From positions 1-56,571 of the IMG/VR virus record IMGVR_UViG_3300020352_000005: a DNA stretch of 56,571 nt, one strand, 5' to 3'. This document shows positions 28,501-37,868 of this stretch, in pieces. Each line of letters starts with the position of its first letter. Positions within the stretch are counted from its first letter, which is position 1. The stretch is from a virus. Lineage: Duplodnaviria > Caudoviricetes. Made by a program: the position numbers and the translations under genes. Below the pieces are notes generated by a model that saw only the letters and a list, made by a program, of their open reading frames with translations, ran no database searches and had not been told where the DNA came from.

Positions 28501-29970
28501 TAAACTAGAGCCTATTTGAGTTCCTCCGTAAATTGCTAAACATTGATTATCTACCAAAGGAATAAATGAACTAACCGATTCTATAAACTCAGGGCTTGTC
28601 GCCATATCATAAACACTAGAAAAATCTTGCTGTAGTTGAAAAATCCATGTATACACAAATTCATTCTCAGGCGCAGTTCCGTCATCATAACTAGCATCCC
28701 CACCATAAGCTGAATGCCTATAATTAAATGACACACCAATTTGTGCGCCTTCATTTAGATTTAACCCTCCATAATCAATAGTTACTTTTGCAGCATTAAT
28801 ATTTACAGAACCACTTATAGAGTATGTGTAGTCATTTAATATTCCTGTAATCTCATCATTGTCTAGCCTTTCACTAATTAATTCTAAGTCGTAATCTATA
28901 TATATAGGAGCGCCTTCAGCGGTTTCTATATTGTATCCGTCTATGTAGTTTCCATACATAAGCCTGTTACCCATTACTGTTTGAGCTTGAGCTACTCTAG
29001 GTACATTGTCAAATAACCTTAACAGCTGTTCTTCAGGTAAAGCTGTATATACCTTTTTGTTTGTAAACGTAAGAGTTTGTTCGGTATCATCTAACCAACC
29101 TTCATTAACTTTGTTAAATCTTTCTATTACATTTACAGAAGTGCTAGTGCTAAATTTAAACACTACATCTACATCTAATACGTTTCTACCTCCTGTATCA
29201 AAGGTTATATTTACGCTATTAAAGACATTTCGCATTCCCTCTTGAAAATAATTTGAGTAATTAAAATTATAAGGGCCTGCTGTAAATGCATATTCACTAA
29301 AGGGGGAAAGCGCAGAATATTCTCCATCTTCGTATTGCCATCTATATGCAAAACTTAATAAAAGTTCTTCCATATAGTTTTCTCCACCACCCTGCTCAAA
29401 TTGCTCTATTTTAGGGGCGTTTAAAGGTGGCTTAACTATTACACCTATATCTTGCTCAGTTATTTGATCAACAGTAGCTCCATCAGGTTGCAAATACGTT
29501 CTAGTTATATTTATTTTTCTAGGCGCATTTAAGTTGTCAGTAAAAAACAAAAGTTCTCCAATAAGATTTATACCATTCATTAGGTATTTATCATCAAAGT
29601 TTAATATAGAGGTTGAAATGACGTGATAAAACAATACAAAAGTCCTAGTGTTAAAGGAGACTATCATGTCTACTTTTCCTGTAGATGACAATAAGTTTGT
29701 AGGGTCATTTACAAACCAATATATGGTTTCGTTTGCACCATCCTCAAATGCTCCAATACACTTAGCTTGATTACTTAATGGTGAGTTTAAAAACTCTAAC
29801 TGAACTACAAGCTCATTACCTTTTGAGTTTTCTACAGCGCCAATTTCAGTTCCTTCTGTTGAACCTAAACGTACATTTAAGGCATCTATATATTCTCCTT
29901 GAGGAACTAAGCGTTCATCAACGCTTTTGTTCATACGTCCTTTTATAAAGTTTTTTTGAATCTTAGGCAT
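25576..29970 (-). CDS. tail nozzle / stabilization (muzzle) protein
   Basis: N-terminus KNFIKGRMNKSVDERLVPQGEYIDALN; FAYRWQYEDGEYS and GISNNPESFA motifs. Confidence 0.7.
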   Translation of the reverse strand: MPKIQKNFIKGRMNKSVDERLVPQGEYIDALNVRLGSTEGTEIGAVENSKGNELVVQLEFLNSPLSNQAKCIGAFEDGANETIYWFVNDPTNLLSSTGKVDMIVSFNTRTFVLFYHVISTSILNFDDKYLMNGINLIGELLFFTDNLNAPRKINITRTYLQPDGATVDQITEQDIGVIVKPPLNAPKIEQFEQGGGENYMEELLLSFAYRWQYEDGEYSALSPFSEYAFTAGPYNFNYSNYFQEGMRNVFNSVNITFDTGGRNVLDVDVVFKFSTSTSVNVIERFNKVNEGWLDDTEQTLTFTNKKVYTALPEEQLLRLFDNVPRVAQAQTVMGNRLMYGNYIDGYNIETAEGAPIYIDYDLELISERLDNDEITGILNDYTYSISGSVNINAAKVTIDYGGLNLNEGAQIGVSFNYRHSAYGGDASYDDGTAPENEFVYTWIFQLQQDFSSVYDMATSPEFIESVSSFIPLVDNQCLAIYGGTQIGSSLTDNYICGVQTKTGWELIDFGISGTTQGFGIETSQGSDEISFIIPALKFEEYDQTVTPPTPTGTIAYEYLTATNAEGLYAEDSSKGSLHSNRDYEVAIVYMDEYGRASTALVDTDNTVFIPCDRSVDQNNIRVQLNSYPPYWATKYKFVIKESKGLYRTIYSNIFFQEEETGDVYYLLEGDNSDKVKDNGVLYVKADTNGPVVNCASTKVLGYGSEAKDFLCEKDANGDVISGICGQPSGVYMKLKATNFAANKPPNARIELGDSDGDNYPFSAVSCSIDDEANPGDRIPFDIPAGSIINIEIAANRRSRGSKCGSRYYVYKKKFTSSQDFDSLYDWYIGDNINLTNGVSTGNDDTINQQNQYDDIKPYRTYLASGGQSYMGFQSNGTPGAWGANDLYLVYQSGTPKCGSPNKRGSYNRVIVDIERAATLTVFETEPLETNDELYYENEQSFDIVNGFHMSGTADADQNQTAGQPAIIDLSFFNCYTFGNGVESSHVLDGLIKPMVELGEKVTSVSEEQYKESHRFSDITYSGVFNQETNLNKLNQFNLALSNFKTLETSYGPIRKMHARQTDILTLQEDKISYVLVGKNLLSDAAAGGAITSVPEVLGTQIARIEEYGISNNPESFASYGYDVFFTDAKRNSVLQLKGGSAQADRLSVISEVGMRSWFRDLFLDSFETQKLGGFDPYMNEFVLSSNMKKLPQPPNVRDCGYVLNISNSNTEYELVVNYSTIIGQCDLVYDVTGDVNIAVEWNGSIAISQNVTGNGTVSFNKTLNNPSDANITITPVNGVASFQIEFKCPATQELTVKEIVINSAGDVNLTTTCRYRWSLGTDLSPYSTNILTLDADGVSLFNETTGPSSFGALPALGATVIMRNRQNPGETFEFDPASDKFKYLLSNVNYDEADLNTLIPLLNTATPITGTAPEYQASFTYSNQVDYLYLVWDLREPTLLQFCYDVASPSEACCECEEPPPPPF

Positions 29971-29971
29971 A

Positions 29972-30898
29972 TTACTTTATCCATTTGTTTTGTCCTCTTA
30001 GATTCATTAATAATCGTCCAGGATGTATATTACTCAATCTTAATTTTGCATTCCTTAGAAGCGCTGATTTTTCTTTTCTAGCTCTATTTATAATAAACTC
30101 TTGAACGCCAAACTTGCTAGATAAGATAACAAACTTCATATATGCATATATAAACTCTTCAAACAATTTGTTTACGCTAATTTCAGAATCATTTCCATTT
30201 TCCATGCCATCTGAAACATATTCTAAAACACAAAGCTCACCTGCCATATCTGAACTAAAGTTAATTACTCCTGACTTTTTATTTATTTTAAATGTAGGAT
30301 TTTGGTTTGCTGTCTCTGTGTTTAATCCATATCTACCTCCAATAGGATATTCGAAATACCAAAGGCCGTTATAAAAATAACCTTCCTGTCCATCGTAAGG
30401 ACTTTGATTGTTTAAATAAATACTTTTTTTACCTCCTGTAATTCTCTGCAAATCAACTGTAGATGTAGATGGTTTTAGTATATTACCATCATGGTCAAAT
30501 AAAATCCTACAGTTATTGTCTTGAAGATAAGCATCACTCCAATTGGTTTGAATGTTTTCTGTAAGCGGCATAAGCGTGCCATTTTTATACAATGACAACC
30601 TCACCCAATTAACATAATCATGCGGAAGGACGTATCTTAATGTATCACAAACCTCTAACTCTAAAACCTTTATTTCTTTCATTGAATCATAATTCAACTC
30701 TTGAATAGCTCGTTTAGCGTGAAAGACTATATTGTATCTTTCAATGTTATTTATTAATTTGTCATTTCCGACATACATTAAAATAAAATTTCTAACAATG
30801 TCATTTAAGGAAACGTACTGATAAGAACCCCAATTTTCATCTTCTGTATTTGGATTCCCTGTATTTTCGTAATACTGATATTCTGTTATATATGCCAT
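29972..30898 (-). CDS. head-tail adaptor / ring protein (putative)
   Basis: LPHDYVNWVRL and LEYVSDG motifs; lies between the capsid and nozzle genes. Confidence 0.6.
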   Translation of the reverse strand: MAYITEYQYYENTGNPNTEDENWGSYQYVSLNDIVRNFILMYVGNDKLINNIERYNIVFHAKRAIQELNYDSMKEIKVLELEVCDTLRYVLPHDYVNWVRLSLYKNGTLMPLTENIQTNWSDAYLQDNNCRILFDHDGNILKPSTSTVDLQRITGGKKSIYLNNQSPYDGQEGYFYNGLWYFEYPIGGRYGLNTETANQNPTFKINKKSGVINFSSDMAGELCVLEYVSDGMENGNDSEISVNKLFEEFIYAYMKFVILSSKFGVQEFIINRARKEKSALLRNAKLRLSNIHPGRLLMNLRGQNKWIK

Positions 30899-30901
30899 AA
30901 T

Positions 30902-31879
30902 TTATCCTTCTTGTTGGTCTGCTTCCTTTTCTTCTGATTTTCCAAATTGCGCTAACTGTATTTCTCTAATAGACATTCCTGCGTATTGTAAAATTTTATT
31001 TACCAAATTAGTTTGGTCAGAATCTGGCAGTTCAAAATCTTGATAGTCAGGAGCTGTCTCGTCAAAACTAGGCTCTCCTCCTGTAATAACATTAAAGTAA
31101 GTCCAATTAGGGTCTCTAGGGTATCTAATATACTGACCTATAACCGTTCCCTCTGTAGTTATGGTGTTTGGATAAACAGTAATTGTATTTCCAAATACCG
31201 CAGTTGTTGCACCCCCCAAAACATATGCAGGAAATGTTGCATTAGGTTGAGTTAAATGTGATGAGTTTAAGTAAAATATTTTATTCTGAGAAACTCTTTC
31301 AACTTCCGTTATGTTTGATGTGCTTACTACCGCATAGCCCTGGGAGTTTGTGTCAATTACATTGGCAGACAACTCTAGCTGACTGGAACTAGACACATTA
31401 ACAACAAAAGCACTAGCCCCTGTAGTCGGAATAGTTGGATCAGTAGGGTTAATAACATTTGTAACTAACATCCCTGGTTGAACTCCAGCTAATATAAAAT
31501 CTGCATTCTGATCAATTAGTCGATTTGTAGCAACTATAGTTGAAGCACCACTAGTTATGAAGTTAGGATAATAATTTATCTTATTCATAAGATAGTAGTC
31601 TTCAGGTAATTGGTAATTACTTAAGCCACTATTCAATAAGGCTCTTGTAGACGAAAAACTATCTACTACTTCTTCTATTCCTTTTAATATATCTGCATAA
31701 CCTGAACCTGACACTCTCGCATTTTGTTTTACTGTTTGCGAGTTATATTGATAAAAATAATCTTCAAAAATATCTAACTGAGCCTGCTTTGCGTATAAGT
31801 TAAAATCAGCAGGTGTTATGTAACCAAAATTGTTTTTATTTGCGATAGAAAGGACGGTAGCTCTTACTGTATTTATCAT
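30902..31879 (-). CDS. head-tail connector / ring protein (putative)
   Basis: GYITPADFNLYAKQAQLDIF, YIRYPRDPNW and DFELP motifs. Confidence 0.6.
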   Translation of the reverse strand: MINTVRATVLSIANKNNFGYITPADFNLYAKQAQLDIFEDYFYQYNSQTVKQNARVSGSGYADILKGIEEVVDSFSSTRALLNSGLSNYQLPEDYYLMNKINYYPNFITSGASTIVATNRLIDQNADFILAGVQPGMLVTNVINPTDPTIPTTGASAFVVNVSSSSQLELSANVIDTNSQGYAVVSTSNITEVERVSQNKIFYLNSSHLTQPNATFPAYVLGGATTAVFGNTITVYPNTITTEGTVIGQYIRYPRDPNWTYFNVITGGEPSFDETAPDYQDFELPDSDQTNLVNKILQYAGMSIREIQLAQFGKSEEKEADQQEG

Positions 31880-31897
31880 GCCTAATTAATCTTTTTA

Positions 31898-31905
31898 CAA
31901 AGATA
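31898..31905 (-). promoter_or_regulatory. Bacteroidota -7 promoter element TATCTTTG
   Basis: TAnnTTTG 18 nt upstream of ATG 31879, directly after a terminator. Confidence 0.6.
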
Positions 31906-31906
31906 C

Positions 31907-31941
31907 AAAAAAAGGGGCTTCAAATTTTTGAAACCCCCTTT
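31907..31941 (-). terminator. intrinsic terminator
   Basis: AAAGGGGG..TTCAAA-loop-TTTGAA..CCCC followed by T7 on the - strand. Confidence 0.7.
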
Positions 31942-31962
31942 GGTTGGTTAGTCGTTTATATG

Positions 31963-32706
31963 CTATAGTTTATCCTCTAATATTCTCATAACTTCTAAAC
32001 CTTCATCACTTTGAAGAAATGAAGCTAATATAAATAATGGGTCTTCACCATAAGGTACTGTAAGAAGTTTTTTCTTATTTCCTTTTATATTAAAGTAAAC
32101 GTCTTTTTTGTTTTTAAGAACCAATAATCCTTCATTAAAAAACTTAGCACACTTGTTTTGTAATGTTAATAATGGGTCATTTAATGATTCCATAAAATCT
32201 GCAGGATATCTTCCTGCGAATAATCTAACATCTCTTTTTAATTCTGCTGTAGTTAAATTGTCAACTCGAAGTCCTATTACAACTCTAGCGACTGTCTCAA
32301 GCATTTCAATATCTAAATCTTTTGCCATTACTTGAGCTTCTAAAGCCAAATCTAATTGATCAACATCTACAGATGCATCTTTTTCTCTATCTACTTCAGT
32401 AAAAGACTTTCCGTTTTGAGGATGATGAGCTAAAAATTTTTGTAATACTTGGTTTTCTTTTGGAACTCTTAAAAAGCCATCTTCAAAAATAATTGGTTCT
32501 AAAATAGCTGTTCCATCTTGTTCATCTTCAAAAATACTTCTTTGGTTTTTAGCGTATCTTAAAGAGCGATTTACACCTGTCTCTTCATCAAAGTAAAGCA
32601 AGCTGCTTCTTTTAGTATTTCTTGAAGGAATTGTAAAGCTTAATGGGGCTTTATCTCTGGTAAGTTTATAGCTTTTATCTACAAAAGCTTTTTTTGTTTT
32701 TTTCAT
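31963..32706 (-). CDS. conserved-type protein downstream of the major capsid gene
   Basis: 247 aa; LRYAKNQRSIFEDEQ and IIFEDGFLRVP motifs. Confidence 0.65.
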   Translation of the reverse strand: MKKTKKAFVDKSYKLTRDKAPLSFTIPSRNTKRSSLLYFDEETGVNRSLRYAKNQRSIFEDEQDGTAILEPIIFEDGFLRVPKENQVLQKFLAHHPQNGKSFTEVDREKDASVDVDQLDLALEAQVMAKDLDIEMLETVARVVIGLRVDNLTTAELKRDVRLFAGRYPADFMESLNDPLLTLQNKCAKFFNEGLLVLKNKKDVYFNIKGNKKKLLTVPYGEDPLFILASFLQSDEGLEVMRILEDKL

Positions 32707-32727
32707 TTGATTTTAATTTAATTTTAA

Positions 32728-32771
32728 TAAAAGTAATAATTACCCTCGTCAGTTCAACGAGGGCAACTACT
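32728..32771 (-). terminator. intrinsic terminator after the major capsid gene
   Basis: Stem TTGCCCTCGT-loop-ACGAGGGTAA followed by a T-rich tract on the - strand. Confidence 0.7.
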
Positions 32772-32790
32772 ACATAATTATACTCTTATC

Positions 32791-34221
32791 TTATTTAAAG
32801 ATAAAGAAGTTGTTAGCACCTAAAGTACATAAAGCTCTTTCAGATAAGAAGTTTACTTCCATAGCATCTAAGCTAGAAGTAGAAGCTCCACCTGCTGAAC
32901 CTGTAATCCAAGTTTTGTAACGTCTGTCTTCAGTTTCTGAAGCTCTGTAACGAACGTGTAAGAAAGGACGCTTAGCATTCTTTCCTAATACTTGGTCGTA
33001 TACAGTTGTAGAACCTGCAGGTACTAGTACCCCATTGATAGCTCCACCAACGATATCACCACGCATTGTTGGGTCGTTAAGATATTTCCAGTCTGTTTTG
33101 TAGAAATCATATCCTCTACGGAATCCTGAGAATCCTAAATTTAGAGCCATTTCCTCGTCATTGTCAAAAAGACCATATGAAGTACCACCTGGGTTTCCAT
33201 AAGAGTTTTGTTCTGATAACATATCGTCAATGTCAAATCCAAACTCACGATTTAAGAAAATTACGTTTTCTTCAATAGAACCTTGCTTGTCTAGTCTCTG
33301 AATGATACCGTCAAAGTCTGCAAGAGCTGTTGGGTTACCACCGCTCCATACATTTCCACGGTCTTCGATAACATAGAAAAGTCCTTCTGAACCTTTGTTA
33401 CCTACACCAGCTGCATAACCTTGTACACCTGATTGGATAGCCGCTACACCAGACCCTGCTTCTGCAGGTACTGCCTCAACCATAGCTGTCTCTAGATAAT
33501 CTTCAAAACGAAGTCTAGTTTCATGCTCTGATTTTAAATACCATAAGTATCCTGTAGCTCCGTTTTCAGTTGTAACTTCAATCCATCCAATCTGAGCCAT
33601 GTCAGATCCGCTAACTGCATAGTGGTCTTTAATGATAATTGGTGAATTTTCAAAAATGAAGTCATCAGCTTCTAATTGTCCTTGCATTCCGCTAGTTCCT
33701 TTTTGGAACTCTGAACCATAAATAAACAAAGAACATTTTACACCTAAGCCCATTGCTTGACCTGCTGCTTCATAAAAAGCTACGTCAATTGTACCGTTAG
33801 CTGTATCAACATCAGTAACGATTGCTTTGTTACTAAGAGTTGAATTTGCTGTACTATCAGAAATCATAACTGTTTGTCCTATACGAATTGCAATAGCTCC
33901 TGCTCCAGGAACTAAAACATCGTTAATATCAAAAGTAGCAACTAATTGACCTGCTGCCGCTTGAGAAGTAACGTCTGAGTACTTCGTGTGTAATCTTCCT
34001 TGCTCTGCCCATTTGATAAGGTCAGAGTTAGAAGGCATTTCAGCGCCTACCATTCTTAAGAATGATGCTACTGTACGATTACCATAACGCTCGAATTCTT
34101 TCTCGTAAGTATCAGGAAGATACTGATTTAAGAAATCAAAGTTGGTAATGTAGTTTGTCTGTAATAAAACCTGTTCTGAACTTGGTTGTAAGTCAAACCC
34201 AGGTACTGCATCTACTGCCAT
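32791..34221 (-). CDS. major capsid protein
   Basis: 476 aa after portal and scaffold, followed by a terminator; QYLPDTYEKEFERYGNR and WAEQGRLH motifs. Confidence 0.8.
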   Translation of the reverse strand: MAVDAVPGFDLQPSSEQVLLQTNYITNFDFLNQYLPDTYEKEFERYGNRTVASFLRMVGAEMPSNSDLIKWAEQGRLHTKYSDVTSQAAAGQLVATFDINDVLVPGAGAIAIRIGQTVMISDSTANSTLSNKAIVTDVDTANGTIDVAFYEAAGQAMGLGVKCSLFIYGSEFQKGTSGMQGQLEADDFIFENSPIIIKDHYAVSGSDMAQIGWIEVTTENGATGYLWYLKSEHETRLRFEDYLETAMVEAVPAEAGSGVAAIQSGVQGYAAGVGNKGSEGLFYVIEDRGNVWSGGNPTALADFDGIIQRLDKQGSIEENVIFLNREFGFDIDDMLSEQNSYGNPGGTSYGLFDNDEEMALNLGFSGFRRGYDFYKTDWKYLNDPTMRGDIVGGAINGVLVPAGSTTVYDQVLGKNAKRPFLHVRYRASETEDRRYKTWITGSAGGASTSSLDAMEVNFLSERALCTLGANNFFIFK

Positions 34222-34241
34222 AATTTTTAATTTTTAAGTTT

Positions 34242-35360
34242 TTACTTTTTTTTACTTTTAATCCTTAATCCTCGTCCGCTAGAGTCCGAAACTTGTCTTG
34301 CTTTGAAACCTGTATCTCCAATTGATTGAGGTGTTTGCCTAATGTTCATGTTGACGTTTTTACTTTTTTTAGTAACATCTCCAATTGCATCTGCTTTACC
34401 CTGCTCGTAGAAATAATTTGCAAATCTTTGAGGGTTCATAGCTGCACTTAATGCAGTATGCCATCCCTTAGCATCACTTATCAAACCATCTTCGCCTACA
34501 TATTTTTTGACGAAATTGTTTAAGTCGCTTTGCTTAGATTTCATTTCATTAACATCACCATAAGAATACTTTACTTTTTTGTCTCCTACTTCGAACTCAA
34601 AACCTTTGAACTCAGGATTAAAAACTTCATTTGTCTTCTTTAAGAAAAACTCATTTTTCCTTTGGTTAGCCTCTAATGCAGATTTAGATTCTTCTATATA
34701 ACTTCTATAAGCTTCGATTTCTTTATTTTGTTTTTCAGAAATAGCGCTCCCACTTGACTCAAGAGGAACTCTGTATTTTTCCTTAAACTCATTAAGATAT
34801 TTCTTAGCTTTTGAAAGCTCTCGTTTTTTAGCTATATTTTTCTTTTTAATATCTTTCTCATCATCAAGTTCTTGATCGTAAGAAAATTTTTCATCCATTA
34901 AATAATGAATATCTTCACTATCTAAATCAGTTTCTGTTAAAGAGTAATATTCTGCTAATACTTGGTCGTCATTTAATTCATCGTAATTTTTATTTGCTTT
35001 TACGAAATCTTCAAATCCACGTCCAGTTTCTTTTTTAAAATCTAAATACTTAGACACATCTTCAGGTAATTCACCTGCCTGCTCTTTTTCAGCAAACAAA
35101 TCATCAACAGATGATATGTCTTTATCATATCTGTTTTTAATATATGAAAGAACGTCTTCGTCTTTTATAGTTGGACTTTCAACTTCCGAGCTATTCTCGG
35201 TATTTTGTTCTACAGGTTGATTTTCAACAACTTCTGCAGCGGTATTTTCATCAGCAGTATTTACTGCTGTTTCTTTTTCGTGTTTTTGTAGTAGAGTTTC
35301 TTCTACTTCCTGAACAGATTTTTCTGGAACAGGATCTAATGATTTTACTTTAATTTCCAT
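34242..35360 (-). CDS. scaffolding protein (putative)
   Basis: Acidic disordered N-terminus, ANYFYEQGKADA motif and basic C-terminus; between portal and capsid genes. Confidence 0.65.
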   Translation of the reverse strand: MEIKVKSLDPVPEKSVQEVEETLLQKHEKETAVNTADENTAAEVVENQPVEQNTENSSEVESPTIKDEDVLSYIKNRYDKDISSVDDLFAEKEQAGELPEDVSKYLDFKKETGRGFEDFVKANKNYDELNDDQVLAEYYSLTETDLDSEDIHYLMDEKFSYDQELDDEKDIKKKNIAKKRELSKAKKYLNEFKEKYRVPLESSGSAISEKQNKEIEAYRSYIEESKSALEANQRKNEFFLKKTNEVFNPEFKGFEFEVGDKKVKYSYGDVNEMKSKQSDLNNFVKKYVGEDGLISDAKGWHTALSAAMNPQRFANYFYEQGKADAIGDVTKKSKNVNMNIRQTPQSIGDTGFKARQVSDSSGRGLRIKSKKK

Positions 35361-35376
35361 TTGATTTAATTTTTTA

Positions 35377-35384
35377 CAAAGTTA
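35377..35384 (-). promoter_or_regulatory. Bacteroidota -7 promoter element TAACTTTG
   Basis: TAnnTTTG 16 nt upstream of the scaffold ATG. Confidence 0.6.
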
Positions 35385-35411
35385 ATATATAATTATAATT
35401 GATTTTCAAGC

Positions 35412-37868
35412 TTATCTTGGCTCAAACTCTGCTAGGTCAAAGCCATCTAAACTGTCTTCATTTGATTCAAAACTCACCGATGGAAGGTTGTTTTTTCTTT
35501 GCTCTATAAGCTTTGATTGTTCAGTATTTGCTTGAGATATTCTATCAGATTTAGCATTCTCTCTTTCAGTCTCTCTTTTTTGTAATCCATCTTGCTCCAT
35601 CTTCTTCATGTTAAGGTCTACACCTTTGAGTTTCATTTGAAGGTTAAATTCTAACTGCATAAGTTCTGCTTTTATCGAAGCTTCACCTTTCATTTTTTGA
35701 ACAGAGAATTCAGCTTTAGCTTGTTCTAACTGTACAGCTGCCTGATTTTCCATTTGGAATTGCTGCATCTTAGCTTGTGCTGCCATTTGTTGTGACTGCT
35801 GATTTATCTGAGCTTGCTGCTGAGCTGCTTGTGCTTTTTGCTGCTGCTCCATATCCTGTTTAGCTTTACGCTTTAACTTTAATACTTGATTGGCTAATTT
35901 TAAATTTCTTATTTCTCTAATATCTATAGCATCTTCTAAATTTATAGAATCTCTTTGAAGTGCCATTTGTATATTTTGCTCAAGCATTTTTCTCTCCTCT
36001 TCATCTGGCTCTATTTCAATGAATATGCCAAAATCACTAAGATATAGTTTGCTTATTTCATCTAGTATTCCAACGTTAAATTTTCCAATTTGATTAACAA
36101 ATTCTTCTCTAAATTCTGAATACTCTAAAACATCAGCAATTCTACTAGATAAAGCAGTACAAAGTCTTTGACTCATTTGAAGTCCTGCATCTAAAATATG
36201 TCTTGTCGCTGTATTACTACTTAAGGCAGCTAGTTTTTGAAGTCCCACTAAAGAATAAGAATCAGGGGTTGAACCATCTCTAGCTTCATTAAGACCTGTT
36301 ACATCTCTCATCATTTGAAGATAATGATTGTACGATCCTACCAAACTTTGAATTTTTCCTTGACCTGAATTGCTATTTAACTGCTGTATTGGAACTTTTG
36401 CTTGATTGAAGTCTCCATCTTGAGTATAACTCCTACCAATAACACTACCTGTTTGAAAAAACATCCTTAATGCGTCTTCAGGGTTATATGCTTGTCCAGT
36501 ACCTAAATCAACTTCATTTAATCCATCTGCGTCTATAAATACTCCATCAGGAACTACTCTAGATATTACTTGTTGTAGTTTTAAGTGAGTTATTTGTATC
36601 AAATCAGCAAAGGTAATCATTCGTCTCACTAAAGACTCGTAAACCCCTTTGTACATTCGAGGCGCACACGCCACATATTCAGGATAAACTTCTTGAGAAG
36701 CGGATTGAGGTCTAGCCATGTTTTCGGCCATTTGCCATTTTAAAAGAATGTTAGTACCCATTACCATAACTCCTTCATACCAAACGTCAATTGTTTTAGA
36801 CACTTTTTCAAACTTACCCTCTTCCTGCATTTCAGGAGTAGGATTAAATGTGTCGTCTTTTTCTATTACTTTTTCAGCTCCTGCTGCATTTACTTTTTTC
36901 TTATATGTAAATGTGTGGGTTGTTTTGTAATTGAAAAACAATAAGGTAGCACTATCTCTACTAAATAAACTATTATTGTAATATTGAGCTGTATTGTTGT
37001 AATCGTACCAACTTTGACTATATTTAGATATCTCCTCCATGTCTTGCCTAGTTAGACTTGTGTCTATTTTTTTAAGCTCGACAATAGGCATAGTTTTTAT
37101 TTCGCCCCAATAAAAGCAATCTTCAAAGTGAGGGTCTTCTGTGTAACTATGAACAACATTTGCAGGGTCTACATATTCCACAGATACACCTGAACCTGGC
37201 TTAAATGTATTCTTACACATTGCAACACCTAATACTGTTTGATCATAGTATAGTTGTTTTTGTATTTCGTAATATCTGTTTTCTGCTAAAACTGTATTAA
37301 TCGCTTCTTCTTCAGCAATTTCTATAGATGGTTTATACTTTAATTGCATATGCAATGCCAACTCCTCTGAAGTGTTTGGCACATCTTCTTCTGAAGTTGC
37401 AAATGTATTTATACCTAGTGACTGTTGAACCTGTTTCATCACAGGTTTTGCTAGCATATCTTTTTCTAGCTGAACTTGATATTCGCTTCTTTTTTCTAAA
37501 GACATTCCGTCTTGAGCAAAAGCATTTATCTTAAATACTCTATCAGCCATTCCATTAACAACAATATCTACAAATTTTGGAATGATAGGCACAGGAGTCC
37601 AGTCTAAGTTTAAATAACTTAAATCTCCATCAATAGCCATTTCGTTTTTATATTTTTGAATTGACTGCTCTCCACGAGCGTACAATCTTAATCTATGGAA
37701 ATCTGCCCATTGATTATAGAACCTACTTTGGCCTCCATCTTTTCTGAACCATTCATACTGAATAGCCTGCCCTATTTGTAACCCAAACTCAAAAGATTCC
37801 TTTTGTTTGTCTGAAACAAATTGACTAGGAAATCCTGTTGGGTTTATCGTGATTTTTACATCCTCCAT
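35412..37868 (-). CDS. portal protein
   Basis: 818 aa right after the terminase; RLYARGEQ and IIPKFVDIVVNG motifs; Gln-rich C-terminal barrel coil. Confidence 0.8.
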   Translation of the reverse strand: MEDVKITINPTGFPSQFVSDKQKESFEFGLQIGQAIQYEWFRKDGGQSRFYNQWADFHRLRLYARGEQSIQKYKNEMAIDGDLSYLNLDWTPVPIIPKFVDIVVNGMADRVFKINAFAQDGMSLEKRSEYQVQLEKDMLAKPVMKQVQQSLGINTFATSEEDVPNTSEELALHMQLKYKPSIEIAEEEAINTVLAENRYYEIQKQLYYDQTVLGVAMCKNTFKPGSGVSVEYVDPANVVHSYTEDPHFEDCFYWGEIKTMPIVELKKIDTSLTRQDMEEISKYSQSWYDYNNTAQYYNNSLFSRDSATLLFFNYKTTHTFTYKKKVNAAGAEKVIEKDDTFNPTPEMQEEGKFEKVSKTIDVWYEGVMVMGTNILLKWQMAENMARPQSASQEVYPEYVACAPRMYKGVYESLVRRMITFADLIQITHLKLQQVISRVVPDGVFIDADGLNEVDLGTGQAYNPEDALRMFFQTGSVIGRSYTQDGDFNQAKVPIQQLNSNSGQGKIQSLVGSYNHYLQMMRDVTGLNEARDGSTPDSYSLVGLQKLAALSSNTATRHILDAGLQMSQRLCTALSSRIADVLEYSEFREEFVNQIGKFNVGILDEISKLYLSDFGIFIEIEPDEEERKMLEQNIQMALQRDSINLEDAIDIREIRNLKLANQVLKLKRKAKQDMEQQQKAQAAQQQAQINQQSQQMAAQAKMQQFQMENQAAVQLEQAKAEFSVQKMKGEASIKAELMQLEFNLQMKLKGVDLNMKKMEQDGLQKRETERENAKSDRISQANTEQSKLIEQRKNNLPSVSFESNEDSLDGFDLAEFEPR

